Below, one piece after another: positions 33,101 through 44,069 of a DNA stretch of 44,141 bases. Position 1 is the stretch's first letter. Every line of letters starts with the position of its first letter. The DNA comes from Phoronis australis (lineage: Eukaryota > Animalia > Phoronida): assembly GCA_002633005.1 (NCBI GenBank), contig NMRA01000251.1:379901-424041 (forward strand), read 5' to 3'. The notes below the pieces were generated by a model, which saw only the letters and a program-made list of their open reading frames with translations, searched no databases and was not told where the DNA came from. The translations under genes were made by a program, and so were the position numbers.

Positions 33101-35965
33101 TTCCCCTCCCCCTCCCACTTTCCCCAACCGGCATTACGGTGTCTAAATTGCCCAGCATCATTTTTCCAGGCCCTATATTCCGCAGCCCTATATTTCCCCA
33201 TTGCTGTGTTCCCCTGTCAGATCTCCCTTCTAATTGCTCCTTCGTTTTCTTCGTTCAATATCCAATATTTTCCTAGGTAGTGCCACGTAGGTGGCCAATT
33301 TGTCACAAAAAATCACTTACTTCAAGAGCAAAAACACATTCTAGTTCTGGATGTTTGTGCTTGGCCTTATTATGAGTAGGGTGTTTGTCTTAGGGTTAGG
33401 GTGATTCTCAGAGATAATCAAGTACTAAAAATTAACAATGACAGTCAGTTTCTGTTTGTTTTGCACAGTTTTATTTCATTGTATTTTTTATTGATTTGAT
33501 TGATTGAGTTTAATTTAGTATGCAGGAGGTACATAAGGCCTCTGGGAAACGTTTGGAGGAGGGGATTATGCGACTTTGAGAACATTGGGCTCGGGGGAAC
33601 AATATTATTGGGGAACATGCATAGGGATGTAGGAGAAAACGAGAATAAAATTTCCCAGTCATTTTGGGCTTGCAGGGGGTATCTAGACCTTGTAATGTGG
33701 AAAACGTAAAATTTGCTCCCGGTCTCAGTAAATTGATATCTTGCATGTATTGAAATGCAGAGAAAAAGCGTAGGTCTTGTAGATGATGGGGTAGGTGGTA
33801 GTGTTATACTGAACAAAGGAAATATGAGTGACCAATCAGGTGTCGAGTAGAGAAAGGTATGAATACTTAAAGGAGAATGCCACCCGATTTAATTAGTCTT
33901 TTTTACCGTATTAATCGGTCTATATCCACATCGACTCGCGTATGGTCGACCTTACCTTGCCGAGAAGTGTCGCGTTAACCTGTGAGGAAGGACGCATCTA
34001 CTTCAGTGGTTCATTTGCAGAGTGATTGCCGCTATGTTGCAATAAATCGTTCCCGCTTGTCCGAAGTACGCAGCTGCGAGCAAAGCGAGTATATCGTTTT
34101 TTCGACTTCCTCGAGAGTCCGAAATGCTTAAGATGTGGCTCGTAGTGAAGAATGAAAAGTGCCCTGTTCATATTAAGTATGAGGCCGTGAAACATCTCCG
34201 TGTCTGTGGCTGGCAGTCGTCGACAGTGAGCCTTGACGAATGCCGGTTTACCAAAGAACTATCCATACATTTCCTTGCCTGTGCATGTTCACGGCGCCTC
34301 CAGTATTTCTTGATCACTTCGAACTGATAGCCTATGAAACTTAACGATCCGCCTGCGAAGTCTTCGTCGGATGAGCTCTCGTCGGGATTGCGAGTTGCCA
34401 TGTTGACACTTATTATTTTGCGTTCTGTTTCGAAATGAATTATTCTCACCCTAAACAATGCATATATAAACTAAAACAAAGTCTGTCTCTTTAGATACAA
34501 TTTCTATTATGCCTTTGGAGTATTCGTGAGCACAATTGTCAGCCAGCAATGAATAAACCACTGCGTTACTGGCTTCAGATGCAATAAAGGTAATTGACCG
34601 GGCACGGAGGCCGTGTGTGCGCATGCTAATTCAGTGTTTGCTGACTGAAAGCTGTTGTGAAACAATAACTCGATTTTATATGCTATGGTCACATTTTAAG
34701 GGAATCTTTATTTAGATATACAAATACATTATTCACATCGTTACTGTACAACTCTTGCCCTGGCGGTTCTGTAAAAGGGCAACTTGACTTCGCGGCTCCC
34801 AACAAGTTAGTGTAGATTTGCAGTTTCGTGGCTAATTCACCAAAATAATTACGTGCACATTATTTCTTTGGGTCACAAGTATAGTCTTTTGGCGACTGGT
34901 TTATCATGGGCGGCCCTGTGATGCACCGCCCATAGACCATGGGCGGTGCAGCCCTGAAAAAGTGGGGGGCTATAGCCCCTAAGCCCCCTATGGTGCGCAG
35001 CCCATGTTTATGTTCGTGATGTCCAGTCCCGGCGGGCGCGACGGGCCTGATGGTGGGTTCCGAGGCACTAGCTGGGATAACAAGCGTTTTGTGTGTTTAG
35101 AACTGAAAAAATCGCAAGTCTAAAAGTGCAACACACAGCTATCTTTCATGTCTGTATTTCACAGAAGAATTATTCGAATTTATCACCAAACAGACCCAAA
35201 TTCCTGCATCGACCTTGATAGATTGGCCTACCGAACCTAGGAGTCCACACTCTGACCGAACTCTGTAAGCTCCCGTACGTTCAAATACCTATAAATCCGC
35301 AACAGTGATATAAAACAACACGTTTGTTCAATTTGTAAGGATTTTACATCGAAATTTGATGATTTATTGGTGTAAAACGATGCATTCAAAGGATAAGTTG
35401 ACACCAATAAGCGTGTTGTGAACGGCTGAACCGATTACGTCATTAGTTGATTTCAACACCTCCGTCTCCCGTCAAGTGTCAGGTAAAACAACTGAATTTG
35501 CTGTTTTGGAGTGGAACTACTGCTATAAATTGATACAAAATAGGTTGTTTTTGAGTGGCATTCTCCTGTAAAGTAGACGCCTGAGGATATAAATAGAGAT
35601 GCTTCATGCAAAATAAAGCCTAAGGGTTGATATAAAAGTAAATGCGACAAGTGTCAAAATAGTGATGACAAATGCACTTAACAAGTTAAATTAGATTTAT
35701 TGGAATTGTTTGCTATTTTCATGTGACCTGTCATTCATTGATCTGGTCTTGTTTTACAGCTTTGGATGAGAACACTATCTGTGTGGGTGCTGCCAGGATA
35801 GGGGCGGATAACCAGCAACTTGTGGTTGGCACTTTGTCTCAAATGACCTCAGTTGACCTCGGAGGACCTTTGCACTCCCTAGTCGTCACTGGAGATATGC
35901 ATTCCTTGGAGAAAGACATGTTAAAACAATTTGCCCTTGAGTCTTCAGTGTTTGATCAGCAGTGA
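26970..35965 (+). CDS. DPH5: Diphthine methyl ester synthase (diphthamide biosynthesis), 7 coding exons, 279 aa
   Basis: Exons 26970-27104, 28461-28585, 29469-29577, 31053-31173, 32226-32265, 32954-33057, 35760-35965 (840 nt, all GT-AG). Motifs [87 protein letters not shown]. Confidence 0.97.
28461..28585 (+). CDS. DPH5: DPH5 coding exon 2
   Basis: aacag|[14 protein letters not shown]...VVGDPF-GG|gtaagt. Confidence 0.96.
29469..29577 (+). CDS. DPH5: DPH5 coding exon 3
   Basis: tttcag|ATTHSDL...GCCGLQ|gtaaga. Confidence 0.96.
31053..31173 (+). CDS. DPH5: DPH5 coding exon 4
   Basis: tttcag|LYSFGETVS...HTLCLL-G|gtaagt. Confidence 0.96.
31303..31372 (+). mobile_element. tRNA-derived (SINE-head-like) sequence in DPH5 intron 4
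   Basis: Pol III A box TGGCTCAGTGG (31311-31321) and B box GGTTCGAGTCC (31352-31362); no complete cloverleaf. Confidence 0.6.
31521..31944. repeat. 84-bp tandem repeat, 5 near-identical copies
   Basis: tgtgttct at 31525, 31609, 31693, 31777, 31861. Confidence 0.95.
32226..32265 (+). CDS. DPH5: DPH5 coding exon 5 (40 nt)
   Basis: tttcag|[15 protein letters not shown]|gtaatg. Confidence 0.95.
32954..33057 (+). CDS. DPH5: DPH5 coding exon 6
   Basis: tttcag|[12 protein letters not shown]...NIET-G|gttagt. Confidence 0.95.
33871..35567. mobile_element. Kolobok-type non-autonomous element in DPH5 intron 6
   Basis: TTAA|aggagaatgccac ... gtggcattctcct|GTAA: perfect 13-bp TIR, AG/CT ends, near-TTAA duplication. 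Confidence 0.7.
34905..35006. mobile_element. 102-bp GC-rich MITE with 5-bp TSD, nested in the Kolobok-type element
   Basis: tttat|catgggc ... gcccatg|tttat. Confidence 0.7.
35760..35965 (+). CDS. DPH5: DPH5 coding exon 7 (terminal)
   Basis: tttacag|[15 protein letters not shown]...DLGGPLHSL...DQQ TGA. Confidence 0.96.
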
Positions 35966-36017
35966 TAGAGAAGAAATAATCAGGAGTTCCTGGTTTTAGT
36001 TTTCTCATGTGCAATGG

Positions 36018-36023
36018 AATAAA
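36018..36023 (+). terminator. Candidate DPH5 polyadenylation signal
   Basis: AATAAA about 50 nt after the stop, followed by GT-rich sequence. Confidence 0.5.
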
Positions 36024-37619
36024 AGGTACTACATGTATATGTATTTGTCAGTTGACAAGAATGGTGTATTGGTGTATTTTAATTCATGGTGAGATATTTA
36101 TATTTAGATTATGGTTTGGCTTTAATGTCCAACTCCGTGTAATAATTGTTTGCAATTTCACATATTAAATCAATGTAGACGACTTACAATACATGTTTTT
36201 ACCTCAGAGCGGCCTTCCATCACACAAAACAACTTTTTGATGTAGACAGTTTAACATCCTGAAATTGGTCTTATAATTTCCCTTAGCTGATTTTTGGGTT
36301 TGTAAAGAACTGACAGTTCAGCATTGTTTGATGTCAGCAATTATTCTATGGACCAGGCATGGTCCCAACAAATAACGAACTTTCAGTTCTTCGCAAGCCC
36401 AGAAGTCACCTGAGTCGGAACAAGTTGAGACTAATTTGTTACCAGTAAATAGTCTTAATTCAAAAGTTTGCCTCTTTTGCTGGAACCGGTGTTTGTAGTC
36501 GTTTGTTAATTTATTAAAAACGTGAAAAAATTAGGAGACTACATCTTTAAAGAGGCGTGGAACGAGATAAACGGACTAAATTGCAATATTGAAAGTGGTT
36601 CTCTGCCACTGAAACAGAATTTTTAAAACCTGCAGCGCTGACAGCTTAACTGTGGCGAAATGCTCCTTTAAGTGAATGTTATTGGTAACAGTTGCAGTTA
36701 ACAGTCAATTGGAAGGAAAACTTCGCTGAAAATAGAAAGCAGATGTCTGTTGTGCATCTAGGCAAGGCGATAGCGAAAATGCCGTTGAAACATCTTCATG
36801 TAGCCCTTAAGTAAATAGATGTACTGATCGAAGACTGATCTTATATATAATTTTTAATCATGTGTATCCGTAACACCGTCTTCAGTAACTGGTCTAGCTC
36901 GAAAGTTCGCTTTTTGGACAAAACGCGGGTTTATAGCTGTTTGCAGGAGGAAGAGAAATCTTTTGACAAAGACCATAAAAGTTGTTACCTGGTAAACCTT
37001 TTCGACCTCCATGGTTCGACAGTCATTTTCAAACTGATGTATGTCGGGTATCCCAACGTGCGACGATCGAGTAGGCAGACCTAGAAAATTGGCTAGTCCG
37101 AAAAATGGTGTTGTATGCGGTGTCTTGTACGTTTTATCCATCTTGATTTAAATACATGTAGCTTATCTGGTCCACGTAGTTAATCTGTTGTCATTGTTCA
37201 TGGTTGAACCATTCTTCCATCAAATGATTGTAAGGCCTGGTCCCTTGAGGAGGCAGTGAAGCCTATTGTGATAGGTGCTCGCTTTCTTAAAGGCGAAGGC
37301 AACCTTTTTCCATGTCATTTTGAGCTAAAATAAGGTTGGTTGGTTATCCTAGACATATTTTCCACTTAATTACAGCTTTTCGTAATTTTATTAATTACTC
37401 GTCCCCTACTGCGGAAGTGACGTTTTAGGAGGCATGCGTTTCCCGCCACTTGGTTTTGCGTTGACTTTACCGTTCTGTTCTATTCTACTTTTGTTCTGTG
37501 CTATTTTTCAACAATTGTCGCCACCACTTTCCATCGGCAAGTATTCTGCGGCAAGATAGGTTAGTAGAGAACTCAACTACGTTGGATTTAGGGGCTGTTT
37601 AGTGTGTTGTAAGCTGTAA

Positions 37620-38015
37620 ATGGCTGGAGTCGGTGACCCGTATCACAGTGACCGTAGTGTGAGTGACGGAGACCTAGTTCACAGCAGTGGTGACGAGGAA
37701 TTTTTTCACGGACATTCAGTGGGTGGGTACATGTTTGAGCCCGAGTATAACGAGGCAGAGTACGCACAGGCACAGGCAGCTGTTGAGAGAAACGAGGCGG
37801 CTACTGAGGACAGACGTGGTGACACATCTTGGTGCAAATGCACTGTGTGCGTTGTTATGCCTACCTCAATGGAATGCTTGTGCTGTTCAGAGTTCGATGA
37901 GGCCAAGCCACTACTGGACACGGTTAAGTGGACCTCCGGCATACCACGGACAGAGGAACAACTGTCCCACTTGCCAGAGTGTCCCGCGACACACTCCCAC
38001 TGGATGGTGACCTGA
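37620..38015 (+). pseudogene. Truncated KolX-like accessory protein (P2RX7 C-terminal-like Cys motif)
   Basis: Acidic N-terminus, GYMFEPEY, then R.G.TSWCKCTVCVVMPTSMECLCCSE; after about 37915 it runs into antisense transposase sequence. Confidence 0.75.
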
Positions 38016-38717
38016 GCACCCAAACTGCTTACATCGTGTCGTGTGACTCCCTCGCCACACACCTGGCACCTTCTAAATAGCTCCAACACTTTAGACAAGT
38101 CCACAATAAACTTATCAAAGTTTGGCTCACCGATCTGTTCACTGGACGACGAACTGTCCTCTTCACTGGGTGTCGAACTGAGCCTGTAATCACTCCCACT
38201 ACTCAATATCGCTGCAGGGCTGCTTAGAGGCTCTGGGCTGGAGAAAACAGCACAGGGCGAATCACTACTGGTTCCAGGAATTGCACGCTCTGGGGTACGT
38301 TCGGAGGCACGGGTGACAGTAGATGAAGTGCCTCCACTGGCTCCAATCACTGTACTGGCCACAGCTCGCAAAGCTTCTCGCCTCAACTTGAAAACGCACT
38401 TCTCGGGGGGTGGCGACGGGGCACTGCCGGGAATCAACAGACGGAATGGCATCCTTCTTCAGGCGTTGTTTCGCAGGGACCTTCATCAGTTCAGCGTACA
38501 AATCCCTTTCGTAACCGGAGGGCAGAAAGTGCTTGCCACACACACGGTAATTCTCCACTGCTTTGTACTTTGCATGGACGGGTAACGCTGCTTTCTTCAC
38601 ACGAACGAGCCAAGTACGGCGAAGTGTGTCATCCATCGGAAAGCGATGGAAAGGTACTCCCAAAGCGCGCGTGAGCCGATAACTAGTAGATTCCGGTACG
38701 CAGCAACAGTGTGGCAT
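37915..38717 (-). pseudogene. 5' part of a Kolobok transposase: THAP domain plus downstream Cys/His motif; DDE core deleted
   Basis: MPHCCCVPES..FHRFP..RRTW..RVCGKHF..LKKDAIPSV (THAP; second Cys appears as TCT/Ser), apparent frameshift near 38435, then KFIVDLSKVLELFRRCQVC...WECVAGHSGKWDS...PEVHL. Confidence 0.8.
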
Positions 38718-39079
38718 GTTGCCTGACTAGTAAATGAAAGCAAACGACGACGGAACTTAACACAACCGAGGTAGAACAATGACTGACTCGGCAGCTCTCA
38801 CAGTCAGACTATATGAAAAGAAATTAGCGCGAAATGCTTGCCTCCTAAAACGTCACTTCCGCAGTAGCGGACGAGTAATTAATAAAATTACGAAAAGCTG
38901 TAATTAAGTGGAAAATATGTCTAGGATAACCAACCAACCTTATTTTAGCTCAAAATGACATGGAAAAAGGTTACCTTCGCCTTTAAGTCGAGGTCGTGGG
39001 TTCGAGTCTCGCTGGGCCACACTGCTAGACCGTTGAGTCATGTTTCTAGCTCCTAAGCTCGGTTTTAACTAAATGTTAA

Positions 39080-39190
39080 CAGGGCCGTAGGAAGCGGGCG
39101 GGCCCGGGGAGGGGGGCGAGGCGTCAGGGTTAAGCCATGCGTCAGAGTTAAGGCATGGCAGCGGACATAGGCTTAGAGCCGGGGACACCT
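39080..39190 (+). mobile_element. MITE family C left-end fragment
   Basis: cagggccgtaggaagcggg...ggcgtcagggttaa...gacataggc...gagccggggaca, shared with 42880-43003. Confidence 0.65.
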
Positions 39191-41778
39191 TTATGAAATG
39201 CAGATTATCTTTAAACCTGGTCCAAGTCCAGTTTAAACCAGGTTTGCGCGCGGAACCATGTAGACATACACCACAGTCATCATACATTGGATGTCTCTCT
39301 TTAGGGCTTTTGGGTTAACGGGACAGTTACGGAGAGGATGGATAGGCCTCCTAGAATCGTCGTTCCCTTAAGTGTTTGTTATTTGTCTATTAATTTTTCC
39401 AAAAACTAAAACTATCAAATTTCTTAACAAGGGTATGGAGTATTTTCGGTGCATGTGTGGAGTTCAAGGGTGCGGGAACGTCATTTGTACCTACATGAGA
39501 GATTGGTATATTAACTAGTCCGAAATATGGTTTAGGGGATCGAAGATGGAATTGAAAGCGCGGCTCTGGAAATGCGGGTTTACATGCAGTTTGATAAACA
39601 GTAATTGAATCTTCACTGTTGGTGATGTGCATTGCAGATCAAAACTTTCATAAACTCCCTTATCTTGGCATGATGTGGGTACCGTGCTTTGCAATTTCGA
39701 CTAATCAAAAGTGTCGTTTGAGTAGTGTGGACATGGTGGTACATTATAATCGCGCTTACCGAATTAAGTATGCAAATAGACAAACCGGCGCTAACAATCA
39801 GTGCTGCCTCGTTAGCATGTCATTGAAAAGCTTTGGCTAATTATTTGCAGAATTGCGTGAACTGTTTGAATGCGGGTGTTCTGCTTTTGGGTTGCTAGTA
39901 CAAAAATACTATTTAGTTCGACTGGCTGGTATATCCCAATATAATACTTCTACCAAATCCTTGTCAGTAGGCTATCGCCGTGACCGAGAACTTTTCAATG
40001 GTTTGTGTTCTTTGATTGGCCTTCCGATCTGGTTGACGAGGAAATAGCCACGAGCAAGTGTTGTACAGGTATTTATCTCTTCCAAACTCAGGAGACGAAG
40101 AGAACGGGTCTAAGGCCTACAGGCCGGTTTCTGGTAAAATCGACTAGTGATTAAATTTGCGGTGACGTTTTACCTTATGGATGTAAATGAAAAATAAGTT
40201 TTATGTGCATATCGATCGGTGCATTTGCCATAACTGGATGCTAAGCTTAACCTCTGTTCTAATTAGAACTAAACTATTGGCTATGAGGAGAGTTAATTGT
40301 ACAGTCACAACCTTGTGAAAATCGAAACAGATTTACACAGACTTGAAAATGGCTATTGTGCATGGATATCCCTAAATTAAATTTGAAATGGAAACGTAAT
40401 CAGCAGGTAGACATTTTTTTCAGATGTCATTTAAAGTTGTTGTAATTTCAGGTAGTAAATCTCCGGTTTTTAAAAACTAAAAGACCCAATGTGTTATTTT
40501 TGTAGCTGCTAAGATCTTGGTACCTAATTCTCGAAATTCTAGACTTAGTTTTTGTAAATTAGGCGGAATTTGTTAACCGCCATTTATTGCCAGATAAGCC
40601 TCTGTGATTACAAAAGACCAGCCTTAAGTAGGCAGTGGCACGGGAATTGGGAGTCTAAGTCATTTCAGGGATGTCGTGAAATATCGCTTTTCAGGGACTC
40701 TGATGTTAAAATTCACCTGCAAGCATGAGGATATGTTGAAATGGCGTAATTGAAAATTTTGCTATGTTGATTACTTAGGAGAGCTAAAGGGAATGGCAAC
40801 CTATGGTCACTATACAATGTGGGGGGTCAAACGCACTGAAATGAGTCTCCGAGACTCATTTCAGTTCGGCGAACAGGGGTGGCATGGTTCGTTGGGCGTG
40901 CATATGTCCTGCTGTTGACGAATCCAATGACTTGCCTCGATTGACAAACTCGCTTCACGTGTATTACTCGTCAAAACAAAGTAAGGGCGACCGGTACAAC
41001 TTCAACCATGGAAACAGTTGATATGAACTGGACCTGGGTTCATTACAGGCGTTTTCCCGTTGCTCTCAACTTGTTCGATTCTATAGCCCAACAACAAGTT
41101 GGGAAGTTTACCCCTGTAGCCAATATCCACAACTGGTTAACTCCATTCTGGCATTTATGGTTGGAGGGCCAGCTCTCTTTTGTTCGATAATTGCGACTGG
41201 GCTGTGCTGTTAAAAATAAAAATTAAGTTATAACATATTTGAACATAAACCAATAGCATTGCTGAAATCTTTGTCAAATGGTGATCATGTTGAATCGCCA
41301 AAATCGCCCAACTGCAACCGAAGTTACGACAATCTATTCTTTCCGAATACACCAATTCACTCTGAGTTTGACTGTGTTCACATGTGGTCTGTAATAAGCC
41401 TGGTAGATAAGTGGCCTGCTTGTTGTCATAACAGGCAAAATAGTGTGCCTGGGAGATAACAAAGAAGTTAGATGTTGATCACACGCTCAGAACCCCCTAC
41501 GTCTAGTGAAGGCACTGAACGGGAAAACACTGTCATGTATTATCGGTTCTGAGCCAACTGCACTGAAGGAACTGCGTTCCTGGAATTTGAAAAACCACGC
41601 AGGTTCGTGATTCCAGGAGCTGGATCCAGGAAATCGTGAAAACTGAAATCTTTTGAAACTATTTCAGCTTACATCTAAATTTATGAAACTTGGACCTCTC
41701 CCATTGGCTCCCGAGAACGTCACGTATATTGACCGATCTAGAAAGTGTCGGCAGTCGGGTGTGCGATTGAGCTAACAG

Positions 41779-42126
41779 ACAAACCTCATCGAAGAATCTG
41801 CTGTCAAAGTTATGTCTCGGCATCTTGTACAACCGCATCTATTGAAAGGTAAAAGAATTTTATACATAGGACACAAGCTATTCCTCACCAAATTGGAAGA
41901 TGTTGAAACATCCTGCTGGGCGTATTTGAAAGCTTGTGGCGCGGAGGCGATTTACGTGGTGTTGGAATCGTGCAAAGAAAACGCATTGTGGGCTAACCGT
42001 TTGTCTCAAGCTGGTTTGATAGACGACTTTAATATCGACGGTTTAGTTCAAGAAATGGGTGACGAACGACCAAGAAAACACGCCGTAGACGCTGTGATAG
42101 GTTGGATAAATGCAAAGAAAATTGAG
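41779..42126 (+). CDS. Possible exon or pseudo-exon of a divergent BTB/BACK-type protein
   Basis: Open frame ending at GAG|gtgagc; HKLFLTKLEDVETSCWAYL and AVDAVIGWINA resemble BTB-end and BACK patterns; in-frame TAA at 41773 just upstream; I could not assemble a full gene. Confidence 0.3.
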
Positions 42127-42400
42127 GTGAGCAATAGCGGACATTTGTTTATTACTAATTTACCTCTTAAAGGTTCACTATCGGTTTTACGGACAAAAAC
42201 GCATTTTGAGGTTACTTTCGGACGGGATAGGTATTAGCTTTGAACAGAGCTTAAAAACAAAAGAAATCCTTGTTTCTGTGATTTTATCACAAATTTTCAA
42301 TCATCGCCATTTTCTGGCAGGCATTCGCTGAGGTCAAGGTCAGTGGCTTCACCATATGCTTAAAGCAAAGTACTCTGTGTGTCCTCTTTCGAAAAGCTTC

Positions 42401-42465
42401 GCCAGAGAGCGCTGCACTGTCACTGACCACGGGGGCCGCTGGTTCGATTCCCCGCTGAGGCTGAT
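42401..42465 (+). mobile_element. Degenerate tRNA-derived head
   Basis: B box GGTTCGATTCC at 42441-42451; A box not evident. Confidence 0.35.
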
Positions 42466-42879
42466 TTCAGAAGATCACTATTCTCTCCGATGGTGTCCCT
42501 TTACTATACCCAACTGTTTGTGTAAAGGTCTGCTTTCGATTTGTTTCTCATTTTCTTCGCCTATGAGGCAAACAACGCTCAAACGGGGCACTACATGTAG
42601 GGTAGCAACAAACATCAGTTACGTAGTTGCTTTCATAGAAGCAACAATGTGTCGTAAGACACAAAATCTAGAATTAGTAGGTTTGTATGTGGAATAATTT
42701 AACATCGGTCAGCGCGCCACGCGCTCGTACATGCCATTGGCCTGGCAACATACAAAACACGCCTCACTGGATACCCGCCCAAACGAATACATTGCGTGCT
42801 GATGAGGTACAGAGGTATTGGACTTTGTTTTAACGGGCGATGTGCAACTGGAAAAGGAGGATACCCCGGCACCCATCTA

Positions 42880-43020
42880 CAGGGCCGTAGGAAGCGGGGG
42901 GGGGTTGGGGCGAGGAGGTCCGGGGGGGGCACGGGCCCCCCAAAAAATTTTCAGGCGTCAGGGTTAAACCGCGGCAACCGACATAGGCGTGGAGCCGGGG
43001 ACAGTCGAGAAAAAAAAAGA
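42880..43020 (+). mobile_element. MITE family C left-end fragment
   Basis: Homologous to 39080-39190; G-tract-rich terminus. Confidence 0.65.
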
Positions 43021-43960
43021 TTGCGAAATACGGATAAGAGAGAAAATTCAAGAGAACATTTAACAACTCGAACTGCATCAGTGCATGGTTTACCTTTTGA
43101 GGACCTTTTCCAGGACATTGTCGTTATGGTCTCCGCTTTTGCAGCACAGGTCGTCTAAACACACTTGAAAGCATGCACGAAATCACTCATACATGTACAT
43201 ATATATCGAAAAATCGAGAAAATTTGTAAAGCGAAGCTTTTGCGGTGCGTACTAATTTACTGGATTTCTAAGTTCAATAAGTCAATTTTGCGAATTCAAA
43301 ACTATTTTTCCATCTGCCCCTCTGTGGACAGGGATAACTGAGACAACCTTCACTTTATTTTTTTCTCGAAACTGTATATTATTTGAGAAAATTTGATGAC
43401 CTGACAGATAACATCAATTGCTGCGCATTTCCTGATATTTGAAAATATAGATATTTTTATATTGAGGGGCCCCGCCCTTGAAGGAGGCCATTGATGACAT
43501 TCAAGTGGTCACCTTTTTATTGACAAATTCTTAAGGGACCGCTCACGGAGAGAGGGCACAATGTTGGAATCGATTACCTCTATTTTCCTATTTTTTGTGA
43601 AATCGTGCAACCCGCTTTCATAATGAAGGAGGTCACTCCCTGCATCATTTTGGGAACACACGACGGTGGAATACACTGTCACTCTTTTTTCCAAGCTTAT
43701 GATGTTTAGCCTTTCCCATTTCAGACGGTACCCTCTCTCGGTGTAGCAGTTCCGGGGGAATGTCCTTTTGTCCCTCTATAGATGTAAATCCGACTCTGCT
43801 AAGTATTCACGATGGAATTTGAAATAACAAATTCATCAACAACTCAAAACATTCGTGTACAGCACAGCCATTCTACCCAAACAACCAAAAATGCGAAAAA
43901 GTACAGTAGGATTGCCGCCATCGAAAGGATTGAAATTTGAAGAACGTGAAGACCACAGAG

Positions 43961-44069
43961 TATTAGCCAGAGTTTTACCCATCAGAAATTCGCAACAAAG
44001 AACTGCCAAATGGAATCTGGGAGAATTTAGGGGGCCATGGCCCCTTGGCCACCCCTTAGTCCGCCACTG
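43961..44069 (-). mobile_element. MITE family B copy (inverted)
   Basis: Reverse complement cagtggcggact...aattctccca.attcc.tttggcagttc...ctggctaata matches 22027-22145. Confidence 0.75.

Larger units (their letters stand above)
37291..38982. mobile_element. Internally deleted Kolobok DNA transposon (1692 bp)
   Basis: Exact TTAA duplication, AGG...CCT ends, 144-bp TIRs (37291-37434 / 38839-38982) with 2 mismatches; convergent THAP-transposase and Cys-rich accessory ORF remnants. Confidence 0.9.
37252..39019 (+). pseudogene. tRNA-Lys(CTT)-like pseudogene or SINE head, split into 37252-37290 and 38987-39019 by the Kolobok insertion
   Basis: Rejoined flanks give D arm GCCT-ATTGTGAT-AGGT, anticodon arm CTCGCT-TTCTTAA-GTCGAG and T arm GTGGG-TTCGAGT-CTCGC; acceptor stem pairs poorly. 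Confidence 0.6.

Noticed and set aside
35050-35150. Possible THAP remnant on the minus strand (xCxxHF..DF..PTI-like pieces)
   Set aside because: Needs several frameshifts and has a stop; no N-terminal THAP motifs; too weak to call.
37252-39019. Functional tRNA gene with a giant intron
   Set aside because: Acceptor stem does not pair, and the insert has TIRs and a TTAA duplication, so it is a DNA transposon.
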